Positions 1-8,171 are shown, counted from the first letter of the stretch. The stretch is 16,957 nucleotides of DNA from Nitrososphaerota archaeon (GCA_013378385.1 JACAFS010000020.1:1-16957); one strand, 5' to 3'. Notes: generated from the sequence alone by a model not told the origin. Numbers and translations: made by a program.

Positions 1-264
1 ATTGTTTTTTTTAAGGTCGTAGTTACAGCTTATCGAAAACAGCCCAGTATCAGATACGAGGTCAATCCCAGCAGCAACCGCTACATTCCGACAGCAGTAA
101 GGGAAGCAGTCTCAATTCGAGATAATTATCGTTGTGTCAAGTGCGATAGCCAAAAGGATTTGCAGTTTGACCACATTGTGGCTGTTGTTTACGGTGGCAG
201 CACACCACCGTCGGACCTGCAATTGCTTTGTGAGAAATGTAATTTGAAGAAAGGTGTGAGTTAG
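1..264 (+). CDS. HNH endonuclease (5' end outside window)
   Basis: Frame 1 is open from nt 1 to TAG 262-264; it is absent from the ORF track because it has no start in the window. The translation ends ...RYIPTAVREAVSIRDNYRCVKCDSQKDLQFDHIVAVVYGGSTPPSDLQLLCEKCNLKKGVS. CxxC...DH...N...CxxCN is an HNH/McrA-type signature. The last 61 aa align without gaps to the ORF ending at 11808, 36/61 identical by hand count. Confidence 0.85.
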   Translation: MVFFKVVVTAYRKQPSIRYEVNPSSNRYIPTAVREAVSIRDNYRCVKCDSQKDLQFDHIVAVVYGGSTPPSDLQLLCEKCNLKKGVS

Positions 265-313
265 AGTTAATCCAATTAATGCTTTCGTTTCGGTGTGTGT
301 AATCCGGGCAGGT

Positions 314-378
314 GATATCATTGATTTGCTGCAATTTACACAAGTAAAACAATATAACTGAATTATATCTGTATAGAT
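314..378 (+). promoter_or_regulatory. 5' module copy 1: conserved 65-nt upstream block with TATA-like AATATAA (351-357)
   Basis: GATATCATTGATTTGCTGCAATTTACACAAGTAAAACAATATAACTGAATTATATCTGTATAGAT abuts ATG 379. It recurs at 2582-2647 with 3 substitutions and 1 indel. The TATA-like box is centred ~25 nt before the ATG, which fits a leaderless archaeal-type promoter. Confidence 0.6.
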
Positions 379-1854
379 ATGACTCAATGGAAGTCGTTCC
401 TAGTTGTGGCGCTTTTTTTAGTTGGTTTAACGCCTACAGCAACGTCTCAAGCTGCTGTTGCTTATTCAATTAGTTTCACTGATGGACTAATTCAATTGGA
501 TGTTGGGCCAGATTCAGGGAGGTACCATTCAAATTTTGTTACTAATGAGGAATCAAGGTTTGAATTTAATGATTCTATGAAAGATAATGAAAGTATAACG
601 TACACAAACAATGCAGATATTGAAAATAACCAAAAAATTCTTTATTTAACAATTCAAGTAGACTGGTCAATAGAAAATTGGACATATACTAACGAGTTTT
701 CTATGAATGCTTTTGGCTTATCTAAATCTTCATCTGAACAATCTGATTCGATGGAATTGACTTGGCATGTAAATGAAAATTTGACCGTTGGAAGCGTTGC
801 AACGGGTGAAGCACAAAATGAATCTGATTTTGAGAGCTCATTTTTGAAAAATGCACCTTCACTATCAATGTCATTTGATTTTACTGAAGGGTCTTCATTT
901 AATCTTAGTGAAGTATATTTTGAGGTTACTACAAAGATAGTAACATGGGATTTTACTGGTATTGCTGCCGGTGGAGGAATTGATTGTACTGAGATGGTTA
1001 TTTCCAATGAAGGTCAGGCTACAGTTGATATAGATGTTGCTCTGAGTGGAGATGGTGTTACGGTTTCACCCGGAGCTGTTTCAGTCACACTTGCATCAGG
1101 CGAATCTATCGAAGTGCCAATTTGTGTTTTAGCTTTAGCACAGTCATTATACAAAAGTGTTCAAGTTAGTGCATTAGCTGAGGGCCGTGAAACTAATACA
1201 CAATTAAACCAAGTTAGCAAAAATGCAGGTTTTGCAGTTGTTATTTTACAATATGCTAGCTTATCAGTTTCAAGCGCTCCTGCACATTTACTTGAATGCA
1301 ATAAGATTGCCGAAATTATTTTCACAGTAATCAACAATGGTAATTATCAAGATACAGTAGCAGTTAACATTGCAAATCTTCAAGAACTGGAAGAAGCAGG
1401 TTTTGTTGTAGCACTTTCAGCAGTACAATTTTTGATTGATGCAGGAGGCGAACAGCCAGTTCAAGTTTGGGTGGGTTCCACGAATGTTAGTACGAAATCA
1501 GATTATCCTTTAACATTGAATGTTAGTACTACACTGCAAGGTGAAACTGAAAGTGCTAAAAGTACTACAGTAATGAAATTTGTAGATTGCCAAAAAGAAA
1601 CCGAAGATAAAGACAAAGATGACACAACCGGTTCCAATGAGAGCAAGATGTACGAAGGTGATGATCCTGGTGAATGTTCTGATGAGTCTGATAACGATAG
1701 AAATGGACTGTTTGACTGTGATGATGAGGGATGTTCTGGTTCTCCTGTATGTAAGGCCAGTGATCCAACAGAAGTTGATTCCCGTTTATCATCATTATCG
1801 CTACTTACGGTAATAACAATGCTCGGAATAATATCTATATTGCGAAGAAGATGA
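379..1854 (+). CDS. secreted surface protein, CARDB/Ig-like repeats, C-terminal membrane anchor ending RRR
   Basis: 491-aa ORF starting directly after the 5' module. It has a signal peptide (MTQWKSFLVVALFLVGLTPTATSQA). Some segments resemble CARDB/NEW3-type beta-sandwich repeats (VISNEGQATVDIDVALSGDGVTVSPGAVSVTLASGESIEVPICV; IIFTVINNGNYQDTVAVNI). An acidic Cys-rich stalk is followed by the C-terminal helix LSSLSLLTVITMLGIISILRRR-stop. Confidence 0.85.
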   Translation: MTQWKSFLVVALFLVGLTPTATSQAAVAYSISFTDGLIQLDVGPDSGRYHSNFVTNEESRFEFNDSMKDNESITYTNNADIENNQKILYLTIQVDWSIENWTYTNEFSMNAFGLSKSSSEQSDSMELTWHVNENLTVGSVATGEAQNESDFESSFLKNAPSLSMSFDFTEGSSFNLSEVYFEVTTKIVTWDFTGIAAGGGIDCTEMVISNEGQATVDIDVALSGDGVTVSPGAVSVTLASGESIEVPICVLALAQSLYKSVQVSALAEGRETNTQLNQVSKNAGFAVVILQYASLSVSSAPAHLLECNKIAEIIFTVINNGNYQDTVAVNIANLQELEEAGFVVALSAVQFLIDAGGEQPVQVWVGSTNVSTKSDYPLTLNVSTTLQGETESAKSTTVMKFVDCQKETEDKDKDDTTGSNESKMYEGDDPGECSDESDNDRNGLFDCDDEGCSGSPVCKASDPTEVDSRLSSLSLLTVITMLGIISILRRR

Positions 1855-2537
1855 GTGAAGAAGAGAAAAATATTTTAGTTACCAAAAGAAAATATTGGAC
1901 TAAATTCATGAAATATAATTTGGTAGGTACTATTTTTCTTGTAATCTATTTTTTCGTATTTAGAATGCTCTTTCATTCAGATATAGGGCTCTTTCCAGAG
2001 GCTCCAAGGATTATCTCAGAATCTTTATGGGTTGTTGGTTCGATATGTATGATTTCCCTTTTCATCGCTTGGCCATTATCGTTTATAATATATGGCTATC
2101 AAAGTTTTAAAATTTATAAAATAAACAGGAAGGAATTGTCAGAGCAACATGAGGCATCGAAGGATTTAACTTCAGTTTCTTCTACCTTTGCAAAAATGGG
2201 CCAAGAAACGAGAAAAGAAATTGGAGATGTATTAGACAAAAAGGAAGATATAGATGAAAACATAAATGAAAACAAAGTAACAAACCCCAAAGAAATAACC
2301 GAATTCCAAGAGTCTAAAGCTGTTTTTTCAGCAGGTATCTTTCTCATGGCAATTTATGCTATTTCTATTCTTTTCATAGACAATCCGTATGCAGCTTGTA
2401 TAGATAGTAACATAGAAGAAATGGCAGATTGTATGAATCGGGCGAATTTATTCTTCAAGGGTTTGTCATTTGTGGGTGCAATCGGCCTTATTCTTTCCCT
2501 AATTGGAATTTATACAAAACCCCCCCGTTTGATGTAG
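1851..2537 (+). CDS. integral membrane protein (about four TM helices), unknown function
   Basis: 228-aa ORF. ATGA overlaps the upstream stop (1851-1854), implying co-translation with 379..1854. Hydrophobic segments are LVGTIFLVIYFFVFRMLF, LWVVGSICMISLFIAWPLSFIIYGY, AVFSAGIFLMAIYAISILFI and LSFVGAIGLILSLIGIY. The last codons (KPPRLM-stop) lie inside the 3' repeat module. Confidence 0.75.
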   Translation: MSEEEKNILVTKRKYWTKFMKYNLVGTIFLVIYFFVFRMLFHSDIGLFPEAPRIISESLWVVGSICMISLFIAWPLSFIIYGYQSFKIYKINRKELSEQHEASKDLTSVSSTFAKMGQETRKEIGDVLDKKEDIDENINENKVTNPKEITEFQESKAVFSAGIFLMAIYAISILFIDNPYAACIDSNIEEMADCMNRANLFFKGLSFVGAIGLILSLIGIYTKPPRLM

Positions 2538-2584
2538 AGGGGGCCTCCTTCCATAGCGATTCAGGATCGTCTGCGCAGCGCGAT
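2519..2584. repeat. 3' module copy 1 (C-run/G-run hairpin + shortened core + relic gene end)
   Basis: AACCCCCCCGTTTGATGTAGAGGGGGCCTCCTTCCATAGCGATTCAGGATCGTCTGCGCAGCGCGAT matches 4949-5013 apart from one C indel and two substitutions. C-run 2520-2526 and G-run 2539-2543 can pair around a 12-nt loop. The shortened core TTCCATAGCGATTCAG lies at 2549-2564. Confidence 0.9.
2561..2584 (-). pseudogene. relic 3' end of a lost minus-strand surface-protein gene (…IALRRRS-stop)
   Basis: The reverse complement of 2561-2584 is ATC GCG CTG CGC AGA CGA TCC TGA = I A L R R R S stop. This matches the last 7 codons plus stop of 4990..8079 (ATC GCG CTG CGT AGA CGA TCC TGA) at 23 of 24 nt. Homology stops abruptly at 2584, where the 5' module begins. 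Confidence 0.75.
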
Positions 2585-2647
2585 ATCATTGATTTGCTGC
2601 AATTTACACAAGTAAAGCAATATAACTGAATCATATCTGTACAGCAT
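2582..2647 (+). promoter_or_regulatory. 5' module copy 2 with TATA-like AATATAA (2619-2625)
   Basis: GATATCATTGATTTGCTGCAATTTACACAAGTAAAGCAATATAACTGAATCATATCTGTACAGCAT abuts ATG 2648 and is near-identical to 314-378. The TATA-like box is centred 26 nt before the ATG. Confidence 0.6.
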
Positions 2648-4948
2648 ATGCATCCATTGAAATTGTCTCTATTTGCGCTGTTGTTATTGGCAGTTTTTAG
2701 TATACAATCTGTAGAAGGTTCACCTCAAGCTACTATAGAAAGTATAGAACCCCAAATACTTAATCTGGATGATTTTGTTGAAGAAGTTGATTGGATAAAC
2801 AATTCATATATATATGAAAATCATAATAGTTTTACTCCATCAAATCATACTTGGACACATAACTACACCGAACCTGGTGAAAGCTGGAAGTTGCCAAATC
2901 CCGTTTGGAACCTGTCTCAAGGTCAAGCGCAGCAAGATGTTGATAGGAATCAGATTTGGGGTCCAGCTTTAAGTTGTGAAGGGGAAAATGGAACACACAA
3001 TTCAGAATTTTGTATGTATTATGAGGGGGGTTCTGGCTCATTGTTTACAGAAAATTATGATGTGTCAGATTTATCTTATAATATTTCGTTGTATCTAAGT
3101 CATAGATACAACTTCGATTATTACGCTGGTTATCCCTCATATAATGGAGGCCAAGTTAGAATCAGTACTGATAACGGCACCACCTGGTCTCTCCTTTACC
3201 CTGATGGAGGCTATCCTGGCACAATACATGATGATGAGTCACATGGCAATCCTTTGTATGGCCAAGAGGGCTTTGTCCATTGCGGAGACTGTTCAGGCGT
3301 AAGTGGTTCGGCAAGTGATAATCAAGATAAATGGATTACAACTATATTCGATTTAAAACCATATTTTAACACCGAATATGTTAAATTTCAGTTCATAGTT
3401 GGGATGTATGGTTATCAATGGCCAGGTGACGGAGAACATTGGTACATTGATGAATTTCATATAGCTGAAAGCCCTGAATATCTGTACTTCTTGGGTAATG
3501 CAAGTGACATCGATGGCAACATTACGGATTATCAGTGGAATTCAACCATAGATGGAAATTTTGGTAACACTGAAAACTTAACGTTTATTTTGAATAGTTT
3601 TCAACGATTATCTATTGGAAATCATACGATATCTTTTACAGCTCGAAATGAGGAAGGCAATTGGTCTGATGAGGATTATTCCTGGTTATTAATCTTAAGA
3701 AATCCAGGTATTGAATGGATTAATGTTCCTGACGATTTTTCAACTGACGTGTCTCCATTTATAGAATTCAGTATAACAACGCCAGTTAATTTCTCAACCA
3801 GGTGCAAATTAGATGAGGAAGAATGGTACGATTGTGACTCGACAAATAATTTTTCCAATCTTACTCAAAGAGAACATTCGTTTGCAGTTAATGCAACTGA
3901 TGAATTTGGATACTATAATCTAAGTTATTTCAATTGGACGGTAATTAATAATCCTCCAAATGTGGATTACTCAGTATCCGAAACGCCAATTCGACAATAC
4001 CATCCGTTATCCGTTAGCTGTTCTGCGTCTGATTCTGATGGTTATATTGTAAAGTACAGATGGGCTTTAGTTGATTCATCTGACAGGCAAAATACCAGTA
4101 AAGATTTTGTCCTTTACGAAGGTGAAAATCCTAATACTACTTTCTCGAATATAACTGTAGGTAATCATTGGATAACTTGTAGAGCTTTTGACAATGATGG
4201 TGATTGGAATTGGGTTCAGGCAATAACAAGCATTTATATTAAAAATAACACCAAGCCACAAGCTGACATAGAAGAGATAGTACCTGATTTAGCAGAATAC
4301 GGAAGGTCTGTAGAATTCTATGGTAATGCCTCAGATGACAATTTTACTATCGAAAAGTATGAATGGAGCTCTAATGTAGATGGAACCCTTTCGAACACTC
4401 GTAATTTCACAACATCATCTTTGGGTGCTGGCTGGCATACCATATATTTCAGAGTTCGTGATTCTGAGGGTCTTTGGAGTGATAATGCAAGTAAAGATTT
4501 GTTTGTCAATATTATACCCACGGCTTATGCTGGGGAAAATGTGTCTACTACTCCGAATGTTCCAATTCAATTTAATGGTCAAGGAGAAGATGAAGATGGC
4601 AACATTACCAAGTACGAATGGGATTTTGACGGTGATGGAATTTACGACTGGGCTGATGAATTCAATGGTAGAGAATTGAATTTGTATAATAATGCAGGAA
4701 CATATACTGCAGTTCTTAGAGTAACGGATAATGATGGTTCAACTAGTACGGATGAGGTTACTGTCAAAGTTACTGAAAAAGATGTAGTTATTGACCTAGG
4801 AGATGGTGAAATTGATGTTGATAATGGTACTATTGAAATGGAGAATGGTAGTTTTGATTTAATAGAGACTGAGGAAGGAATCCCTAGCATTGGAATTATT
4901 GCTGCAATGGTATCAATAGGATTGATTGCAAGGTTCAGAAGAAGATAG
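2648..4948 (+). CDS. secreted, heavily sequon-bearing surface protein with PKD/Ig-like repeats and IPS-helix-RRR C-terminal anchor
   Basis: 766-aa ORF with signal peptide MHPLKLSLFALLLLAVFSIQSVEG. There is a clear PKD domain near the C-terminus (NITKYEWDFDGDGIYDW...GTYTAVLRVTDNDGSTSTDEVTV). Upstream PKD-like repeats read NITDYQWNSTIDG, IVKYRWALVD and TIEKYEWSSNVDG. I counted 31 N-x-S/T sequons by hand. The C-terminus is EEGIPSIGIIAAMVSIGLIARFRRR-stop. Confidence 0.9.
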   Translation: MHPLKLSLFALLLLAVFSIQSVEGSPQATIESIEPQILNLDDFVEEVDWINNSYIYENHNSFTPSNHTWTHNYTEPGESWKLPNPVWNLSQGQAQQDVDRNQIWGPALSCEGENGTHNSEFCMYYEGGSGSLFTENYDVSDLSYNISLYLSHRYNFDYYAGYPSYNGGQVRISTDNGTTWSLLYPDGGYPGTIHDDESHGNPLYGQEGFVHCGDCSGVSGSASDNQDKWITTIFDLKPYFNTEYVKFQFIVGMYGYQWPGDGEHWYIDEFHIAESPEYLYFLGNASDIDGNITDYQWNSTIDGNFGNTENLTFILNSFQRLSIGNHTISFTARNEEGNWSDEDYSWLLILRNPGIEWINVPDDFSTDVSPFIEFSITTPVNFSTRCKLDEEEWYDCDSTNNFSNLTQREHSFAVNATDEFGYYNLSYFNWTVINNPPNVDYSVSETPIRQYHPLSVSCSASDSDGYIVKYRWALVDSSDRQNTSKDFVLYEGENPNTTFSNITVGNHWITCRAFDNDGDWNWVQAITSIYIKNNTKPQADIEEIVPDLAEYGRSVEFYGNASDDNFTIEKYEWSSNVDGTLSNTRNFTTSSLGAGWHTIYFRVRDSEGLWSDNASKDLFVNIIPTAYAGENVSTTPNVPIQFNGQGEDEDGNITKYEWDFDGDGIYDWADEFNGRELNLYNNAGTYTAVLRVTDNDGSTSTDEVTVKVTEKDVVIDLGDGEIDVDNGTIEMENGSFDLIETEEGIPSIGIIAAMVSIGLIARFRRR

Positions 4949-5013
4949 ACCCCCCGTTTGATGTAGAGGGGGCCTCCTTCCATAGTGATTCAGGATCGTC
5001 TACGCAGCGCGAT
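4949..5013. repeat. 3' module copy 2 (spacer between convergent genes plus last codons of 4990..8079)
   Basis: ACCCCCCGTTTGATGTAGAGGGGGCCTCCTTCCATAGTGATTCAGGATCGTCTACGCAGCGCGAT is the counterpart of 2519-2584. C-run 4950-4955 and G-run 4968-4972 can pair. The shortened core lies at 4978-4993, and its TCA (4990-4992) is the stop of the minus-strand gene. Confidence 0.9.
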
Positions 5014-8000
5014 GATTCCGATGGCAGCGATTGAAGAGATCAAAGATACTGAAGGTATGCCTTCTTCATCTTCTCCTGCATCTGTAACCGTAACATTGCC
5101 TTCATCGTCAATCTGAACCTTCTTCTCTGATATTGTGATTTCTACTGTATCAGTGTCTGTGAATCCATCATTATCTGTTACACGCAAGGTTGCAGTATAT
5201 GTTCCTTCATTATTGTAAATGTTCAACTCACGGCCATTTTCAGTAGATGACCATTCAAAGATACCATCTCCATCAAAGTCCCATTCATAGAGAATAACGG
5301 TTCCATCCTCATCTGTAGCCGCACCACTGAACTGTAACGGAACTCCAGGCGTGCCCGTTGAATCTTGACCAGCTATTGCAACAGGTGATACATATATCCA
5401 CAATTCTTGAGATACTGAAGAACTCCAAACCCCATCATTGTCCAACACCTGAAGGGCGATAATATGATAGCCAATTGATAAATCACTTGCACTAAAATTT
5501 CTTTGCTCACTTAAATTCCCATCAATCGTTGATTTCCATAAGTAGGATACAATGGTAAGATTATCATCAGTTCCAGTGCTGTTGAAGAATACAGTGATTC
5601 CTGCCTCTGCTGGTGAAGGGGAAATGGAATCTATTATTCCAACAGGTTGGGAATTAGGAGTTACGATTAGAACCGCAGTAACCCATTCTGACCATCTCTT
5701 TGGAAAAATGGTATCATTGTCCAGCACTCGGAAAGAGATAGAGTGGTTTCCGGCAGTCAGACCTGTATGATAGAAATCTTCTTTATCACTCAAAAATCCA
5801 TCTATGTCTGAGATCCATTCATACGCGGAGATTGTTCCGTTGTTATCAGTTCCACTTCCATTAAAAGAAATTATCCTGTCAAACCTAACTAATGACGGTG
5901 TAATAGAGTCGATTACTGCGACTGGAGGTATATTGGGATTAAAAACCTGCACCGTTGCTACACCTATTTCTCTCCCATTTTCTTTGTCATCATCGACACG
6001 AAAACTTATGAAATAGCTACCTTCTTCTGTTGGTACCCATTGTGTATCAGTCTCATTGGAGATAACTCCAGATTCTACATACCAAGTGTAAGTTGTAATA
6101 TTTCCACAACCTCTGACCGCGCTGCCGTTTAGCCAAACAGTCTCACCAATTGCAACATAAAGTGGTTCTGCGCTTGCAGATATGGTAGGTGGCACATCCG
6201 AAACTACTTTGATGTTGATGGATAGCTTTGAACTCCAAGTTCCATTATTGTCTTGAACCTCCAGTTTAATCTGATAGAAGGCGCCTGCATCGAAAGAAGT
6301 TGTCCAATTGACCTCTTCGGATACAAGTTCATTGTTAAACCACCAGCGATAAGCAACTATCGTTCCGTCTGGATCCGAAGAATTTCTGGCTGAAAAAGTA
6401 AGATTCCAACAATCGCAATATTCTGGTGTAAGACCGCCTAGTGAATCTGGTGAGATTGTTATTGCTGCCGTTGGGCCTATGTTGGAAACAACTTCAATAT
6501 ATTTGTCATTATCATATTGGTTGTTCGTGTCGTCCCATTCAAGGATTTCTTCATCCCTGTCAACCCAAGCATAAAACTCATAGACACCTAATTTAGTTGG
6601 AGTCCAGGCGTACTCGAAGATAGTAGTATCTGGCGTGAGCCCAACCGTCTTGGAATCATCAATCTTGAACCAGCTGGTCACCGTATCTTCCGGATCTTTA
6701 ATCCTGATAAAAACGTCAACGTCATCAGCTATTCGGTCTCCTAAATCAGTCTGAGACACTGCGACCTGAATCGTTCTTGTTTCATCTACAAAGACTTCGC
6801 CTGTCCCCTCATCAATATCAGTTACAATCAAATCCGGCCTTGTTTCTTTCAATTCGAAATATTCAGCGTAGACAGTATACCAATCCAGATTGTTATTATC
6901 TTCGTCCGTTTCTTCGATTACATCCTCTCCATCGACAACAATTCGAACATTCCAAAACCCAGCATCATCAGAGGTTGTACTCCAGTTGACAGCTAGAATA
7001 TCATCCGATGTGAAAACCTCGCCACCTTCTATAGTAGTTCTAACGGACTTACTTTGATTGGTATAGGTCCATGATTGTCCTGAACAGTCTCCATCTGGGC
7101 ATTTCATGACCTCGAGATGCATGACTAACCAACCATCTCCGGGCTCGGGTGGTTCTGCATCTCCTTCACCTGTGTTCTCAATCGAATATTTGAAAGATAC
7201 TGTATCACCACCTACAGGATCGAGAGGTTCGCAGCTTATCGAATCGATACCATTATCCCAAACCCGAAGATCAGGGTCACTACAATCTCCCACACAAACT
7301 TCCCACACATCTACATTATTATCTAAATCGGGATCTTCTTCGGTGTTGTTCTCATCCGAATCAATGATAACTGTGAATTTGTACTCTCCATCTTCAGTGT
7401 CACTAGGAATTGTATATGACCATTCCATAGTCTCTGGTTCTGGTGGTGCATCAGGAGAAGGCGGGCTTATGTAGGCAAAAGTGTATGGCGTTGGATCAAA
7501 ATAATTGGTTGGTTCTTCATCTACCTCATCAAAATAGGCCATTATAGTTACAGGATTCAGAGTACTGACGTCTCCTTCATTTCCATACTCGAAAACTACC
7601 TCGACGCTTTGGCCTGCAGAAAACTCATCACCATCTATATCAAAATCAACGAAAAGATCAGCATCACCGGTTTCAGGTTCAACATTGATATAATTCTCAA
7701 ATATACCATAATCACTACTGGAATAATAAATAGTCGCAGAGTAGCAAACTTCTCCAGTCTCATCAAAAGTAATCTCCAGAGTTACAGTATCTGATTCGCC
7801 GGCCCCCATTGTAATTGTATCAGACTCGTCTGCTAAATCATCCTGATCACAATCAGAAAAAAGGCGTACGGTTGCATCGTAAGAATCATCACCATTATTT
7901 GACCATTCTGCTATAATTTCATATTCAACATTTGCCCTTGGAGGCGGTGTACCAGCTGGCCCATATAGATTGACAACCTCCAAATCGTCTTCTGGTCCGG

Positions 8001-8079
8001 CCTGAACAGATGTAGATGCCATGGTAGTCAATACCATCATAAAAATGATAAAAGCCGAGAGAAATCGCCAACCTTTCAT
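4990..8079 (-). CDS. large secreted surface protein: N-terminal CARDB-like repeats, C-terminal PKD repeats, IPS-helix-RRRS anchor
   Basis: 1029-aa ORF with signal peptide MKGWRFLSAFIIFMMVLTTMASTSVQA. Repeated CARDB-like units begin with DLEVVNL..., DLFVDFDI..., PDLRVWDNG... and PDLIVTDIDEG.... PKD units include VILYEWDFDGDGIFEW...GTYTATLRVTDNDGFTDTDTVEI. The C-terminus is EEGIPSVSLISSIAAIGIIALRRRS-stop. TATA-like CTTATTAC (complement of 8100-8107) lies 21-28 nt upstream of the ATG. Confidence 0.92.
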   Translation of the reverse strand: MKGWRFLSAFIIFMMVLTTMASTSVQAGPEDDLEVVNLYGPAGTPPPRANVEYEIIAEWSNNGDDSYDATVRLFSDCDQDDLADESDTITMGAGESDTVTLEITFDETGEVCYSATIYYSSSDYGIFENYINVEPETGDADLFVDFDIDGDEFSAGQSVEVVFEYGNEGDVSTLNPVTIMAYFDEVDEEPTNYFDPTPYTFAYISPPSPDAPPEPETMEWSYTIPSDTEDGEYKFTVIIDSDENNTEEDPDLDNNVDVWEVCVGDCSDPDLRVWDNGIDSISCEPLDPVGGDTVSFKYSIENTGEGDAEPPEPGDGWLVMHLEVMKCPDGDCSGQSWTYTNQSKSVRTTIEGGEVFTSDDILAVNWSTTSDDAGFWNVRIVVDGEDVIEETDEDNNNLDWYTVYAEYFELKETRPDLIVTDIDEGTGEVFVDETRTIQVAVSQTDLGDRIADDVDVFIRIKDPEDTVTSWFKIDDSKTVGLTPDTTIFEYAWTPTKLGVYEFYAWVDRDEEILEWDDTNNQYDNDKYIEVVSNIGPTAAITISPDSLGGLTPEYCDCWNLTFSARNSSDPDGTIVAYRWWFNNELVSEEVNWTTSFDAGAFYQIKLEVQDNNGTWSSKLSINIKVVSDVPPTISASAEPLYVAIGETVWLNGSAVRGCGNITTYTWYVESGVISNETDTQWVPTEEGSYFISFRVDDDKENGREIGVATVQVFNPNIPPVAVIDSITPSLVRFDRIISFNGSGTDNNGTISAYEWISDIDGFLSDKEDFYHTGLTAGNHSISFRVLDNDTIFPKRWSEWVTAVLIVTPNSQPVGIIDSISPSPAEAGITVFFNSTGTDDNLTIVSYLWKSTIDGNLSEQRNFSASDLSIGYHIIALQVLDNDGVWSSSVSQELWIYVSPVAIAGQDSTGTPGVPLQFSGAATDEDGTVILYEWDFDGDGIFEWSSTENGRELNIYNNEGTYTATLRVTDNDGFTDTDTVEITISEKKVQIDDEGNVTVTDAGEDEEGIPSVSLISSIAAIGIIALRRRS

Positions 8080-8124
8080 AATGTTCTAAATAATGGAAAG
8101 TAATAAGGATTTGCGAAATACTTC

Positions 8125-8149
8125 ACTCCACAATAACATAGTGATTCGG
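8125..8149. repeat. core repeat, full copy 1
   Basis: ACTCCACAATAACATAGTGATTCGG is 22/25 identical to 8896-8920 and 23/25 to 10438-10462, in the same orientation. It lies 45 nt upstream of the minus-strand start at 8079. Confidence 0.9.
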
Positions 8150-8171
8150 CATTGAAAATAGATAAGTAACA

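Noticed and set aside
358-365. CTGAAT(T/C)A in the 5' modules (358-365, 2627-2634) as an inverted copy of the core's TGATTCAG
   Set aside because: Only an 8-mer is shared (7/8 in one copy), and similarity beyond it is about 60%. An 8-mer is expected by chance in 17 kb on two strands.
112-387. Minus-strand ORFs 112..387 and 137..352, and the similar 11656..11928
   Set aside because: They run antisense to the two HNH genes and use non-ATG starts. Their mutual similarity only mirrors the HNH paralogy. The HNH frames carry a real catalytic motif.
2429-2629. ORFs crossing the repeat modules (2429..2629 +, 4642..4983 -, 8785..8979 +, 8873..9064 +, 10418..10660 +)
   Set aside because: They exist only because they read through conserved non-coding modules or opposite-strand gene ends, and their frames are not conserved between module copies.
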